DNA of 64,000 nt. It comes from an uncultured Candidatus Entotheonella sp. Its GTDB lineage: Bacteria > Tectomicrobia > Entotheonellia > Entotheonellales > Entotheonellaceae. The translations under genes and the position numbers were made by a program. The stretch is from NCBI GenBank assembly GCA_965215335.1, contig CBDCDA010000001.1, positions 1 to 64,000 of the forward strand, written 5' to 3'. The notes beneath the pieces are model-generated. The model was not told the origin of the DNA and did not search any database. It worked only from the letters and a program-made list of their open reading frames with translations. The number at the start of each line of letters is the position of its first letter. The first letter of the stretch is position 1. This document shows positions 19,028 to 28,515 of this stretch, piece by piece.

Positions 19028-20165
19028 ATGTCCGCAATCACAATTCAACCGCAAGCACTTCCCGTTTTTGGCCCTGCAGAGGGGGCGGCATTCTGTTTAG
19101 TCACTCGCGCTGAGCTAGTTGAGCAGTTTGAGATTGATGCCGGAAGCTCATATTACAGTACTCATGCTGTAGTTTGCGAACCTGGTGACGATTTTGAACG
19201 TATTTTGCTTAACGAGGTACCAGAACGCGCACATGTTCTGGTAATAACGCCGGGGCCCCTCTTCGAATCGCCGAAACCGGGGTCAATTGGACCCGGACGC
19301 AAATTGGCAGTTATGGCATGTACCTCGACGCCTACATCATTCGAGGCGATATGCCATTTTCTAGAAGTATTGCGCCGCACCGATGATTCGGCTATGGAGG
19401 AATTTGCCGATCTCCTTTTTACCCTTGGAGAGGCAAGTGAGTATCTCAACATCATTGACGAAACAACAGGAAGTGTGGCACGCTTCGATCATCTATTCGA
19501 TCATCTAAGTGACGACCTCGAATGGTTCGAACAGTTGGGTCGCCTAGATTGGGGCCAGCAACAAATGGTCCCTTCCGGTGAAATCAGTGTGTTACCACTG
19601 TTTCACGGCAATTATGATTCGCTTAAGCGCCCCGAAGTGAATGGGAAGATTTCCCTATGGGGTTATCCTACTTCTTCACTCCGGCAGACCCTCCTTCCTT
19701 GCTGAGGATCAAGTGCGAATTCATGAGGTGATTGCAAGGATTGCCATTCAGCCCATTGTGGCCACTGTCGAAAGTGGCAAAATTGTCCACCTGGAAGGAA
19801 CACACCAAGCAGTTGTACCCGCCGTAGAAATGTTGGAGAGACTCTTCGAGGTTGACTCTCGTTACCGTTGTATTTGGGAAATCGGATTTGGGATTAATGC
19901 CAACCACGAGATGTATCCAGGCAATGTCGGTATGAACGAAGTTTATGGCGGACAATATGGTTCCATCCATTGGGGATTGGGTCTCACTCCTTGGACTCAG
20001 TATCACCTCGATATCATATGTCCCAATACTCGCGTAGTAACAAATGAGGGTACAACCCTGTTGGGGCCACCTTCGGGGACACGAACAGCGGTAAAGCTCA
20101 AGAACGAGACACATGGATCGTTTCGTGCGAAGGTGCGGAGAGGGGTGTGTGACTGTCATGGTTAA
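19028..20165 (+). CDS. M29 aminopeptidase-fold protein, crocagin CgnB/CgnE-like (frameshift at about 19671)
   Basis: PSGEI, WEIGFGIN, MNEVYG, IHWGLG, YHLD; removing C19671 joins ORFs 18950..19705 and 19641..20165 as GYP-ILHSG. Alternative start 18986. Confidence 0.65.
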
Positions 20166-20472
20166 TCCGGCTTCCAGTAATGACACACAATCCAATGAAG
20201 CAATACGGTCGAGTACAAAAGCGATAACCGATGACATCACCCAGCATATACTTCGTGAGATTCTGACGGAGGCGCTCCCTCATCATTTTGGGCCTTCGAC
20301 TCAGCTCATGGGAGAGGGGATTTTGGATTCCCTTGCCGTTGTTGAGTTGCTAGCGTATCTGGAGAGACGTTATGGGATATCTGTGGATGAAAACAGCTTT
20401 GATATGAGCATCTTTGCAACGATTGATTCTCTTGTTAATTACGTTTTGGAAAGTAAGGGAATAGCGAGGTGA
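20158..20472 (+). CDS. Acyl/aminoacyl carrier protein
   Basis: GILDSLAVVELLAYLERRYGI phosphopantetheine motif, FATIDSL; overlaps both neighbouring genes. Confidence 0.9.
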   Translation: MVNPASSNDTQSNEAIRSSTKAITDDITQHILREILTEALPHHFGPSTQLMGEGILDSLAVVELLAYLERRYGISVDENSFDMSIFATIDSLVNYVLESKGIAR

Positions 20473-21547
20473 CAGGGAATGCAGATTCCAGGGCGATGCT
20501 TACGGGTGCGACAGGATTCGTAGGCAGCGCCATCGGGGCCGTCCTGCTTGCGGAAACTGGTTCGGACATTTACACCGTCTCAAGGAACGACCCTGACGGT
20601 TCCCGTACACGTCGTGCCATACAATCCGCCCTAGATGGTTTTGGGTATCCCGCCTCATTAGTGGACCGTATACAACCGATACATGTTGGGAGTCAGTTTC
20701 AACCAAATAGACTCGTTGAAATAGTCGAACATCTTGACCCCACGGAAATTTGGCATGCTGCAGCCCATATGAATTATGAGCCATCGGGTCTTGAGGAATC
20801 TGTCAGAGTAAATGCGGTGGCGTCCAACGCAATGCTTAGGGCTATGAGGAAGGACGGAAGATTCTATCACATTTCGACGGTTGGCGTCGCTGGTCCCGGA
20901 GGAGTCAATAACAATGAAGAATTTGAACTCAGAGAAGAACCTATCTTGTGTCTTGAACCTTTACACCCCTATATCGTGTCGAAATGCTAGCTGAATATAT
21001 GCAACTTGAAGCGTCGAAACAAACTGGCATACCCCTGACGATCCTTCGGCTTTCCACCGTGCTCGGACACAGTGAAACCGGTTGGGTGGCTGACACACGT
21101 TATGGGTATTATTCGTATCTTTGGATGTTGAAACGGTTACTTTCCAAAGAGTCCGAGTTTTATCTTGACATTAACCCGGACGCATCGTTCCCGGTCGTTC
21201 ATGTGGATGATTTGGGAAAGATATGCATGCTTCTCCGGAACCGGAAGAGATTTGCTGGAGAAGAACAAGAGATTTTCAACATTTGCAGCCGGAAACCCAA
21301 GACGGTTCGCCAGCATTTCGGTATTTTCGAGAATCTGACAAAAGGGGCCTTGTGTGTGAAATACGGGCAGCCCACAAAGGGCTTTAGTTTCGCATTTAAT
21401 AAGCTTAACAGATTCAATAACATGTCCATGAGTACGCGATATCACTTCTCGACGGAAAAACTCGAAAGAGAAATCGGGACGGATAATTTGCCCCGATGCA
21501 ATGACGATGGACTCAGGAATGTCATGAATTTTGTACTCAGTACATAG
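20469..21547 (+). CDS. Extended SDR, thioester-reductase/NAD_binding_4-like (frameshift at about 20986)
   Basis: LTGATGFVGS, IWHAAA, HIST; one added base restores YIVSKCLAE; ILRLSTVLGHSETG, VHVDD. Confidence 0.8.
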
Positions 21548-21581
21548 TAGTCCAACCTCTTTGATAGTCCAACCTCTTTGA
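21548..21581. repeat. 17-bp perfect tandem duplication
   Basis: TAGTCCAACCTCTTTGA twice, immediately after the SDR stop. Confidence 0.9.
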
Positions 21582-21708
21582 ATTGATGGCATAAAGAGTT
21601 TGTCTATTGATTGGGAACGATGTCGCACCCATGTCGTCATTGTTGAGCAATCACGCCCCTCGGCTACTCATTATTTCAAAAATTTCGATCTAATAGGAGG
21701 CACGACCA

Positions 21709-23814
21709 ATGCTTCAGGCCATCATACATCCAAGCGAGATGGATGGCGAGGTTTTGGCACTTTGGCGTGCCAAAAATCTTTATGACTGGCAGCCGAATCT
21801 CAGCAGGCCGTTATTTTCGTTGCTCATCACACCCCCAAATCCAACCGGCGACTTACACTTAGGTCATGCCCTGAATGAGGGTTTGGAAGATATCCTAGCT
21901 CGTTGGCATCGCCTCAAGGGTTGCGAGATACTATGGTCTGCCGGTATTGATCACGGCGGATTTTCTACTCAAACTGTTGTTGAACAATATCTGAAAAACA
22001 ACTGCTCGACAGACAAGATGAGCTTAACCGAAACCCTGTCAAGGGAGGTAGACCTCTGGACTGGCCGTATCGCCGAACGCATTCGAAGTCAGATGATTGA
22101 CTTGGGAATCATGGCGGATATGTACCCATTTTTTGTCATTACAGATAAATTCAATGACGATTATATCTCTCAATATGTTGGCAGGCTTTACGAAAAAGGT
22201 TTAATTGTTCGTGAATGGGGGATAGTCGATTGGTGCTTCCAATGCAAAACGACTCTCGAAGGAATTGATCAGGCGCGGAGGCAATTAAGGACTGCACAAC
22301 ATTCCTTCCGTTATCGAGAATGCCGGAGAAACGGTATGGATGTAGATAACACTGCGGAAATCATTGTTTCTGTCGAACGCCCTGAACAAATTTATGGCCA
22401 AGTCGCTGTCGTAATTGGTTGCGGTGACTCGTCATTGGAACAGTATGTTGGGCGTTGGTTCCAAGGACCCGTAGGCGAGCCTGTGGTAGCTGTGGCGGCA
22501 GAGGGTGACTGGGGTATCAAGCCTGGGGAAGCCGCTATGTGCGTACCAGCTCATTCGAGGCGTCATTACAAATGTGCTGTCAAGCATAGCCTGGAAGTAA
22601 AGACATCATACGGAGAGGATGGGACAATACAACGAGGGCCGATGAAGGGAACTGATTGTGCCATCGCAAGACAAGCAGTGATTTCCCAAGCACGTGCTGC
22701 GGGCCTTTACGTGGGTGAAACGGAAAAAATTGTGATACGTCCGATATGCAAGAATTGCAAAACAGAAGTGGAGGAGTATTACTCTCTACAGTGGTTCTTT
22801 CGGGCTCATAAATTGTATAAGCGGGCATTAGAATTGTTGAAACATTACGGTACTGATGTGACTCCTAATATGTATCATTCCCAGCTTGAACTTTGGTTAC
22901 AGGCACGGATAGCCGAAACCGAGACCAGCACCGATTCACTGTCTGATTCAGATTGGTGTGTCAGCCGGCAAATTGCCTGCGGAAACAGGCTTCCAATGTA
23001 TCGCTGCTCAAATGGTCACGATTACGTAGGAAAAGCTCCGGAACACTGTTCTTACTGCGATGGCATAATGTGGCGGTCCCAGGAGCGGCTTGATATGCGT
23101 TTGACAGCTGTCTTGTGGGCATTTTGCAGCAATCGAAAGTACACGGACATTCAGGACATTTTTGAATATGTTTCCAGGCACGCATACTGCGTAGTAGGAG
23201 CGGACAATCTCATCTGGTGGGTTGCCGGCATTTTTCTGTCGAGCGCAGGATTGGAAGAGCCATTACCTGTATCTCGATTTCATATCAATCCGCTGATATG
23301 TGATGCGCAAGGTCGAAAGATGAGCAAGTCCCTCGGCAATGTTGTTGACCCGCGTGAAGCGGTCGAGGAGTTTGGGATAGATTGCCTTAGGATGACGCTA
23401 CTAGAGACTATGAGAACATCTTCAAAGAAGATGTTTTTCCGGGAGGATCGCCTCTTAGAAAACAGGAGGATAATTGATCAATTTCTGGATAACTGCAGAA
23501 TTCTGTCTGAAATGAGTGCCACAGCCTTGGGCAAGGACATATGCTGGACCGAAACAGCCGCTTGCCTTAATGAAAAGATAATCCGATGCGATTTTGGAGA
23601 AATCTATCCAATAGTTCGCAGTGTATGCAAGCAGGTCAACACGGTGGCAACTCAGAAGGGAGTGCGTGATCCTGCGCGTTTCCTGACCGAAAGCCTCGTT
23701 TTGTTGCATCCCTTTCTACCGATAACTACCGAATGGTTATGGCAGCAAGTGAATTGTACAGATCCACCCTTGGCTACCTTATGTGGTCATGGCGTGTTAA
23801 GCACTTTGCAGTAG
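21709..23814 (+). CDS. Divergent valyl-tRNA synthetase paralog (class Ia aaRS-like)
   Basis: RBS AGGAGG; PPNPTGDLHLGHAL, GIDHGG, QWFF, DWCVSRQ, KMSKSLGNVVDP, LLHPFLPITTE; only 701 aa. Confidence 0.9.
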   Translation: MLQAIIHPSEMDGEVLALWRAKNLYDWQPNLSRPLFSLLITPPNPTGDLHLGHALNEGLEDILARWHRLKGCEILWSAGIDHGGFSTQTVVEQYLKNNCSTDKMSLTETLSREVDLWTGRIAERIRSQMIDLGIMADMYPFFVITDKFNDDYISQYVGRLYEKGLIVREWGIVDWCFQCKTTLEGIDQARRQLRTAQHSFRYRECRRNGMDVDNTAEIIVSVERPEQIYGQVAVVIGCGDSSLEQYVGRWFQGPVGEPVVAVAAEGDWGIKPGEAAMCVPAHSRRHYKCAVKHSLEVKTSYGEDGTIQRGPMKGTDCAIARQAVISQARAAGLYVGETEKIVIRPICKNCKTEVEEYYSLQWFFRAHKLYKRALELLKHYGTDVTPNMYHSQLELWLQARIAETETSTDSLSDSDWCVSRQIACGNRLPMYRCSNGHDYVGKAPEHCSYCDGIMWRSQERLDMRLTAVLWAFCSNRKYTDIQDIFEYVSRHAYCVVGADNLIWWVAGIFLSSAGLEEPLPVSRFHINPLICDAQGRKMSKSLGNVVDPREAVEEFGIDCLRMTLLETMRTSSKKMFFREDRLLENRRIIDQFLDNCRILSEMSATALGKDICWTETAACLNEKIIRCDFGEIYPIVRSVCKQVNTVATQKGVRDPARFLTESLVLLHPFLPITTEWLWQQVNCTDPPLATLCGHGVLSTLQ

Positions 23815-23880
23815 TTGAGACACAACATTAGGACACATGTCGCACGCTTTTGTGGATAGACTCAGCATAACTCCTTGCCA

Positions 23881-24655
23881 GGCTCAGGACCTATGAAGGG
23901 TTATCACTGAACATATCGGATTCAAGACCCTGACTCCATGGGGAGGCTCACCATGCCCCGATCATCCCTTCTGGCTTTCCGATGCGCAGTTTGCCCGACT
24001 TCAACCCCTGCCGCCCAACAAGGTGCGCGGCGTCCCGCGCGTCGATGACCGAAAGGTCGTCAGCGGCATCATCCACGTCATCCGCCATGGCCTCATGTGG
24101 CGCGATGCCCCCGCCTGCTACGGTCCCCACAAGACCCTCTGCAACCGCTTCGTGCGCTGGATGCAAGGCCGGGGTGTTCGGGCGCATCGCACCGCTGCCA
24201 GCCTGCTGAAAAAGGGGCTTTTCCGCGTTAGACCGGGGGCGCACCCGAGGCGGCCTGAACTCCAAGCTCCACGCGGTCTGTGAACGGCGATGGCAAGCCC
24301 ATCGTGCTGTTGTTGACGGCGGGTCAGGTCAGCGACTATCGCGGGGCTGATACGATTGTGCCTGCTCTACCGGCGTCCGGGGTCCTGATAGCCAACAAGG
24401 GCTACGACAGCAACCGGTTGCGCCGGGCGCTTGCCAGGCGAGGCATGGCGTCGTGCATTCCGGGCCGTTCCAACCGTAAAGAGCCGATCGTCCATGACCG
24501 CGAGCTTTGCAAGAGTCGTAACCTCATCGAGCGTCTGTTTGGCAGACTCGAGGATTGGCGTCGCATCGCCACGCGCCATGATCGGTGTGCGCACACTTTT
24601 TTCAGCGCCATCTGCCTTGCTGCCATGGTCATCTTCTGGTTATGAGTCCTGAGCC
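23881..24655 (+). mobile_element. Degenerate IS5-family (IS427-like) element
   Basis: IRs GGCTCAGGACCTATGA and TTATGAGTCCTGAGCC; fragments GVPRVDDRKVVSGII, YGPHKTLCNRF, ANKGYDS, RNLIERLFGRLEDWRRIATRHD; several frameshifts. Confidence 0.85.
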
Positions 24656-24740
24656 TAGGAATGGTGTCATGCGCGCGCGCGGCGGCATCCGGTGATGCCG
24701 GCCGGGCGCGCCCGTGTTTGACGGGGTTGGGAGAGCACCC

Positions 24741-25796
24741 TTGGATTTTGGCGCCTTCATGGAGTTTGGCAGTCGCCAGGGCGGCAGTCAGACCGACGCG
24801 TTCAGCGAGGGATTCGATCTGGTGGAAGCGGCCGAATCGTGGGGCCTCGACGGCGTATGGCTGGCAGAGTTCCATTTCAATCCGGTGCGCTCCGTGCTGT
24901 CCTCGCCGATCGTCGTGGCCGGTGCCATTGCCTCCCGCACCGCCCGCCTGCGCGTCGGCATGGCCGTCTACGTCCTGCCCCTGAACAATCCGCTGCGGGT
25001 CGCCGAGGAAGTGGCGACCGTGGACCATATCAGCAAGGGGCGCTTCGACTTTGGCGTCGGGCGCAGCGGCTTCGTGCGTTCGTACGACATTTACCGCACC
25101 CCGTACAGCGAGAGCCAGGGCCGCTTTCGCGAGGGCCTGGCGATCATCTTGCAAGCCTGGAAGGGCGAGACGTTTTCGTACCACGGTGAGTACTTCACGG
25201 TGCAAGACGCCACCGTGTCGCCGCGCCCCTACCAGCTGCCACACCCGCCGCTGCGCATGGCGGCCACGACGGCGGCGACATTCCCCGAGGTGGGCCGTCT
25301 GGGATATCCGATTTTCGTCGGCCTGCGCGGCATGGACATTGCGGAGCTGCGGGCCCACCTACGGGCCTATCGCCAGGCCTGGCGGGAGGCTGGGCACGCC
25401 GGCGACGGGGACGTGTACTTGCGCATTCCCATCTATGCCGCCGCTTCGGAGCGCGCGGCGATAGACGAGCCCCGCGACAGCATCACGTATTACATCTCCC
25501 GTCAGAGCAGTATCGTGGCCCAGGACGCGGCGCGGCGCCGGCCGGACGACGCGGGCGCGCGCTTGCAGCAAGGCACCGCCGAGCGCCTGGCGTCGCTTTC
25601 CTATGAAGAGATCCTGGCCACCAAGGTGGCGTTCGGCAGTGCGCCGGGCCTGCGGGACCGGTTGCAGGCGTTGCAAGCGCAACTGGGGCTGGATGGCGTC
25701 GTTGCCGAACTGAACGCTGGCGGCCTGCTGTCCGCCGGTCAGGTGCGGGAAAGCCTGCGCATCCTGACGCAGGACGTGATGCCGGTCTTCAAATGA
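24741..25796 (+). CDS. LLM-class flavin-dependent oxidoreductase (luciferase-like)
   Basis: VWLAEFHF, PLRVAEEVATVDHISKGRFDFGVGR, PRPYQLPHPP. Confidence 0.92.
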   Translation: MDFGAFMEFGSRQGGSQTDAFSEGFDLVEAAESWGLDGVWLAEFHFNPVRSVLSSPIVVAGAIASRTARLRVGMAVYVLPLNNPLRVAEEVATVDHISKGRFDFGVGRSGFVRSYDIYRTPYSESQGRFREGLAIILQAWKGETFSYHGEYFTVQDATVSPRPYQLPHPPLRMAATTAATFPEVGRLGYPIFVGLRGMDIAELRAHLRAYRQAWREAGHAGDGDVYLRIPIYAAASERAAIDEPRDSITYYISRQSSIVAQDAARRRPDDAGARLQQGTAERLASLSYEEILATKVAFGSAPGLRDRLQALQAQLGLDGVVAELNAGGLLSAGQVRESLRILTQDVMPVFK

Positions 25797-26532
25797 ACTC
25801 GACGGACGGGACCGCTGCGTAGGGCGTCCGGCAAGGGTGGCCGGCGGCGTAGCGGTACACCGGTTGCCCGCCAGCGGCGGGCAGGGCGAGAAGGGTGGAC
25901 GACACCGTGCCGTAATTGTCCGTATCGCGGTGCATGCAGATGGTTTCCCGGTCCTGCGCGCCGGGCTCGTGGTCGCGGCAGATTTGTTCAAGAAAGGGCA
26001 GCAGGGCAGGGAGGCCGGCTTGCCCGGTGGCCTGCAGGAGTTTCCGGGCGCGGCGCAGGCGGATGGTCTCAAAATCGTTCAGCTCGCCGTTGGCGAGGAT
26101 GTGCAGGCCCGGTGGCAGAGGCTGGGTGACCGTTTCGTTGTCGTACGCCACCCACACCAGATTGCCGCGGTCCATGACAAGCAGATTGAACGGGTTGTAG
26201 TGTCGTGGCGGTTGGGTCAGGAGGGATTCCACTGCCTCGGGCGCGGTCCGGCTCTGCAGAGCCGCCAGGCACACCAGGCCCCGTGAACGCCGTTCGGGGT
26301 CAGCTTCCTGTTCCGCATGCAGGCGCCGATTGGTTAATCCGACGACCACCCCGTGTTCGTTGACGCCCATCCACGTACCGCCGGCGCGCTCGTCTCGTCC
26401 GCCCCAAATCCGGGGTGAGCGGTCCAGCAAGGCGGGTCTTCGCGTCGGGCGGTCGTAGTATTCGTCACGATTCGCCGCGAGGACGACCGGGTAGTCTGGC
26501 AGGACTCGGTGCATGACCATCAGAATGCACAT
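25789..26532 (-). CDS. NRDE/TANGO2 family protein
   Basis: MCIL..AANRDEYYDRPT, GGTWMG, SRG, YGTVSST. Confidence 0.92.
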   Translation of the reverse strand: MCILMVMHRVLPDYPVVLAANRDEYYDRPTRRPALLDRSPRIWGGRDERAGGTWMGVNEHGVVVGLTNRRLHAEQEADPERRSRGLVCLAALQSRTAPEAVESLLTQPPRHYNPFNLLVMDRGNLVWVAYDNETVTQPLPPGLHILANGELNDFETIRLRRARKLLQATGQAGLPALLPFLEQICRDHEPGAQDRETICMHRDTDNYGTVSSTLLALPAAGGQPVYRYAAGHPCRTPYAAVPSVEFI

Positions 26533-26652
26533 GCGCTTTCCCCGATGCGAGCCGTTCTTGGCTTTACGGAGACAGGCGAAGGCGTTACAATACGTCTCTG
26601 TCCCCAAACAAACCCACACATATGGCGATCCCACTGAACAGGACTTCATAGC

Positions 26653-28503
26653 ATGACATCCCAAGATACGCCCGACAAGCCAGTGGAAGAACTCGAATCC
26701 GTCGTGATTCGCCTCGCTGGGGACTCCGGTGACGGCATGCAGCTGACGGGCGGACAATTCACCCGTACGACGGCCCTGTTCGGAAACGACATCAGCACCC
26801 TGCCCGACTTTCCGGCGGAAATCCGTGCCCCGGCGGGCTCCTTGCCGGGCGTCAGCTCCTTCCAGTTGAATTTCAGCAGCAACGACATCTACACGCCGGG
26901 CGACGCGCCGGACGTGCTGGTCGCCATGAACCCGGCGGCCCTGAAGATGCATCTCGACGACCTGGAAGACGGCGGCATCCTGGTCGTCAATACCGATGCC
27001 TTCAGCAAGACGAGTCTCCACAAGGCCGGCTACACCCACAACCCCCTCGAAGACGGCAGCCTCTCCAAGTACCGCGCGTTCAAGGTGCCCATCACCTCCC
27101 TCAACGCCAAGGCCCTCGACGGCCTCGACATGACGCAGAGACAAGTCGACCGCAGCAAGAATTTCTGGGCGCTGGGGCTGCTCTACTGGCTGTACAACCG
27201 GCCGCTGGATGCCAGCCTGCGTTTCCTGGAGGACCGGTTCAAGGCGTCAAACCCCACCGTTTACGAGGCCAACAAACGGGCCCTCTACGCCGGTTACAAC
27301 TACGGCGACACCACCGAGATTTTCACGACCGCGTACCGGGTCCGCAAAGCACATCTGCCGGAAGGCACCTATCGCAACGTCACCGGCGCCGAGGCGACCG
27401 CCATGGGTTTCGTGACGGGCGCGCGCCTGCACGGCAAACCGATCTTTTACACCGCCTATCCCATCACCCCGGCCAGCGAAGTTCTGCACGAGATCGTCCG
27501 CTACAAGCACTTCGGGGTCAAAACCTTCCAGGCGGAAGACGAAATCGCTGCGGTGTCCGCCGCCATTGGCGCGGCCTTCGGCGGCAACCTGGGGCTTACC
27601 TGCACCAGTGGGCCGGGCGTGGCCCTGAAGAGCGAGGCGATCAACCTGGCGCACATGGTCGAGCTGCCGCTGGTGATTGCCGACATCCAGCGCGCCGGGC
27701 CGAGCACCGGCATGCCCACCAAGACCGAGCAGGGCGACCTGCTGCAGTGCATGTTCGGGCGCAACAGCGACTCGGCCTGTGCGATCATCGCGCCGGCGAC
27801 GCCCGGCGACTGTTTCTACATGGCGATCGAGGCGTTCCGGCTGGCGGTGAAGTTCATGACGCCGATCTTTTTCCTGTCGGACGGCTACCTCGGCAACGGC
27901 GCCGAGCCGTGGCGCATTCCGTCGGCAGGCGACCTGGAGCGCTACCGCGTTGCGCACCCCACCGATCCCGAGGGCTTCGCGGCGTACCGCCGCGATCCCG
28001 AGACCCTGGCGCGCCCGTGGGCGATTCCCGGCACCCCCGGTCTGGAGCACCGCATCGGCGGGCTGGAGAAGGCCGACCTTACCGGGAACGTCAGCTACGA
28101 TCCCCACAATCACGAATTGATGACCAGGCTACGCAACGAGAAGATCGAGCGCATCGCCAACGACATTCCGCTGCAAGAGGTTTATGGCGACCCGCAAGGC
28201 AGGCTCCTGGTGCTGAGCTGGGGCAGTACCTATGGCGCGGCGGTCTCCGCGGTGGACAAGCTGCGTGAGCAAGGGGAATCGGTGTCGCACGCGCACCTGC
28301 GGTATCTCAACCCGCTGCCGAAAAACCTCGAGGACATCCTGCCGCGCTTCGACACCGTGCTGGTCCCGGAACTCAATCTGGGCCAGCTTCGCATGTTGAT
28401 CCGGGCGCGCTACCTGGTTGACGTCGTTGGCTTGTCCAAGGTTCAGGGGCTGCCGTTCAAGGTGTCTGACATCATCCAGAAATGTGAAGAACTCCTTGGC
28501 TAA
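26653..28503 (+). CDS. korA: 2-oxoacid:ferredoxin oxidoreductase alpha subunit
   Basis: GDSGDGMQLTG, YPITPAS, QAEDEIAA, GPSTGMPTKTEQ. Confidence 0.95.
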   Translation: MTSQDTPDKPVEELESVVIRLAGDSGDGMQLTGGQFTRTTALFGNDISTLPDFPAEIRAPAGSLPGVSSFQLNFSSNDIYTPGDAPDVLVAMNPAALKMHLDDLEDGGILVVNTDAFSKTSLHKAGYTHNPLEDGSLSKYRAFKVPITSLNAKALDGLDMTQRQVDRSKNFWALGLLYWLYNRPLDASLRFLEDRFKASNPTVYEANKRALYAGYNYGDTTEIFTTAYRVRKAHLPEGTYRNVTGAEATAMGFVTGARLHGKPIFYTAYPITPASEVLHEIVRYKHFGVKTFQAEDEIAAVSAAIGAAFGGNLGLTCTSGPGVALKSEAINLAHMVELPLVIADIQRAGPSTGMPTKTEQGDLLQCMFGRNSDSACAIIAPATPGDCFYMAIEAFRLAVKFMTPIFFLSDGYLGNGAEPWRIPSAGDLERYRVAHPTDPEGFAAYRRDPETLARPWAIPGTPGLEHRIGGLEKADLTGNVSYDPHNHELMTRLRNEKIERIANDIPLQEVYGDPQGRLLVLSWGSTYGAAVSAVDKLREQGESVSHAHLRYLNPLPKNLEDILPRFDTVLVPELNLGQLRMLIRARYLVDVVGLSKVQGLPFKVSDIIQKCEELLG

Positions 28504-28515
28504 GGATGGCATGGC

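Noticed and set aside
21548..21708. T-box riboswitch before the aaRS gene
   Set aside because: No T-box consensus (GGTGG.ACC) or terminator seen; region too short.
21709..23814. Housekeeping valS
   Set aside because: Foreign composition, short length, degenerate editing and pocket motifs; symbol withheld.
25789..27144. 451-aa extension of the NRDE gene
   Set aside because: Overlaps korA antisense; the family begins at MC, ATG 26532.
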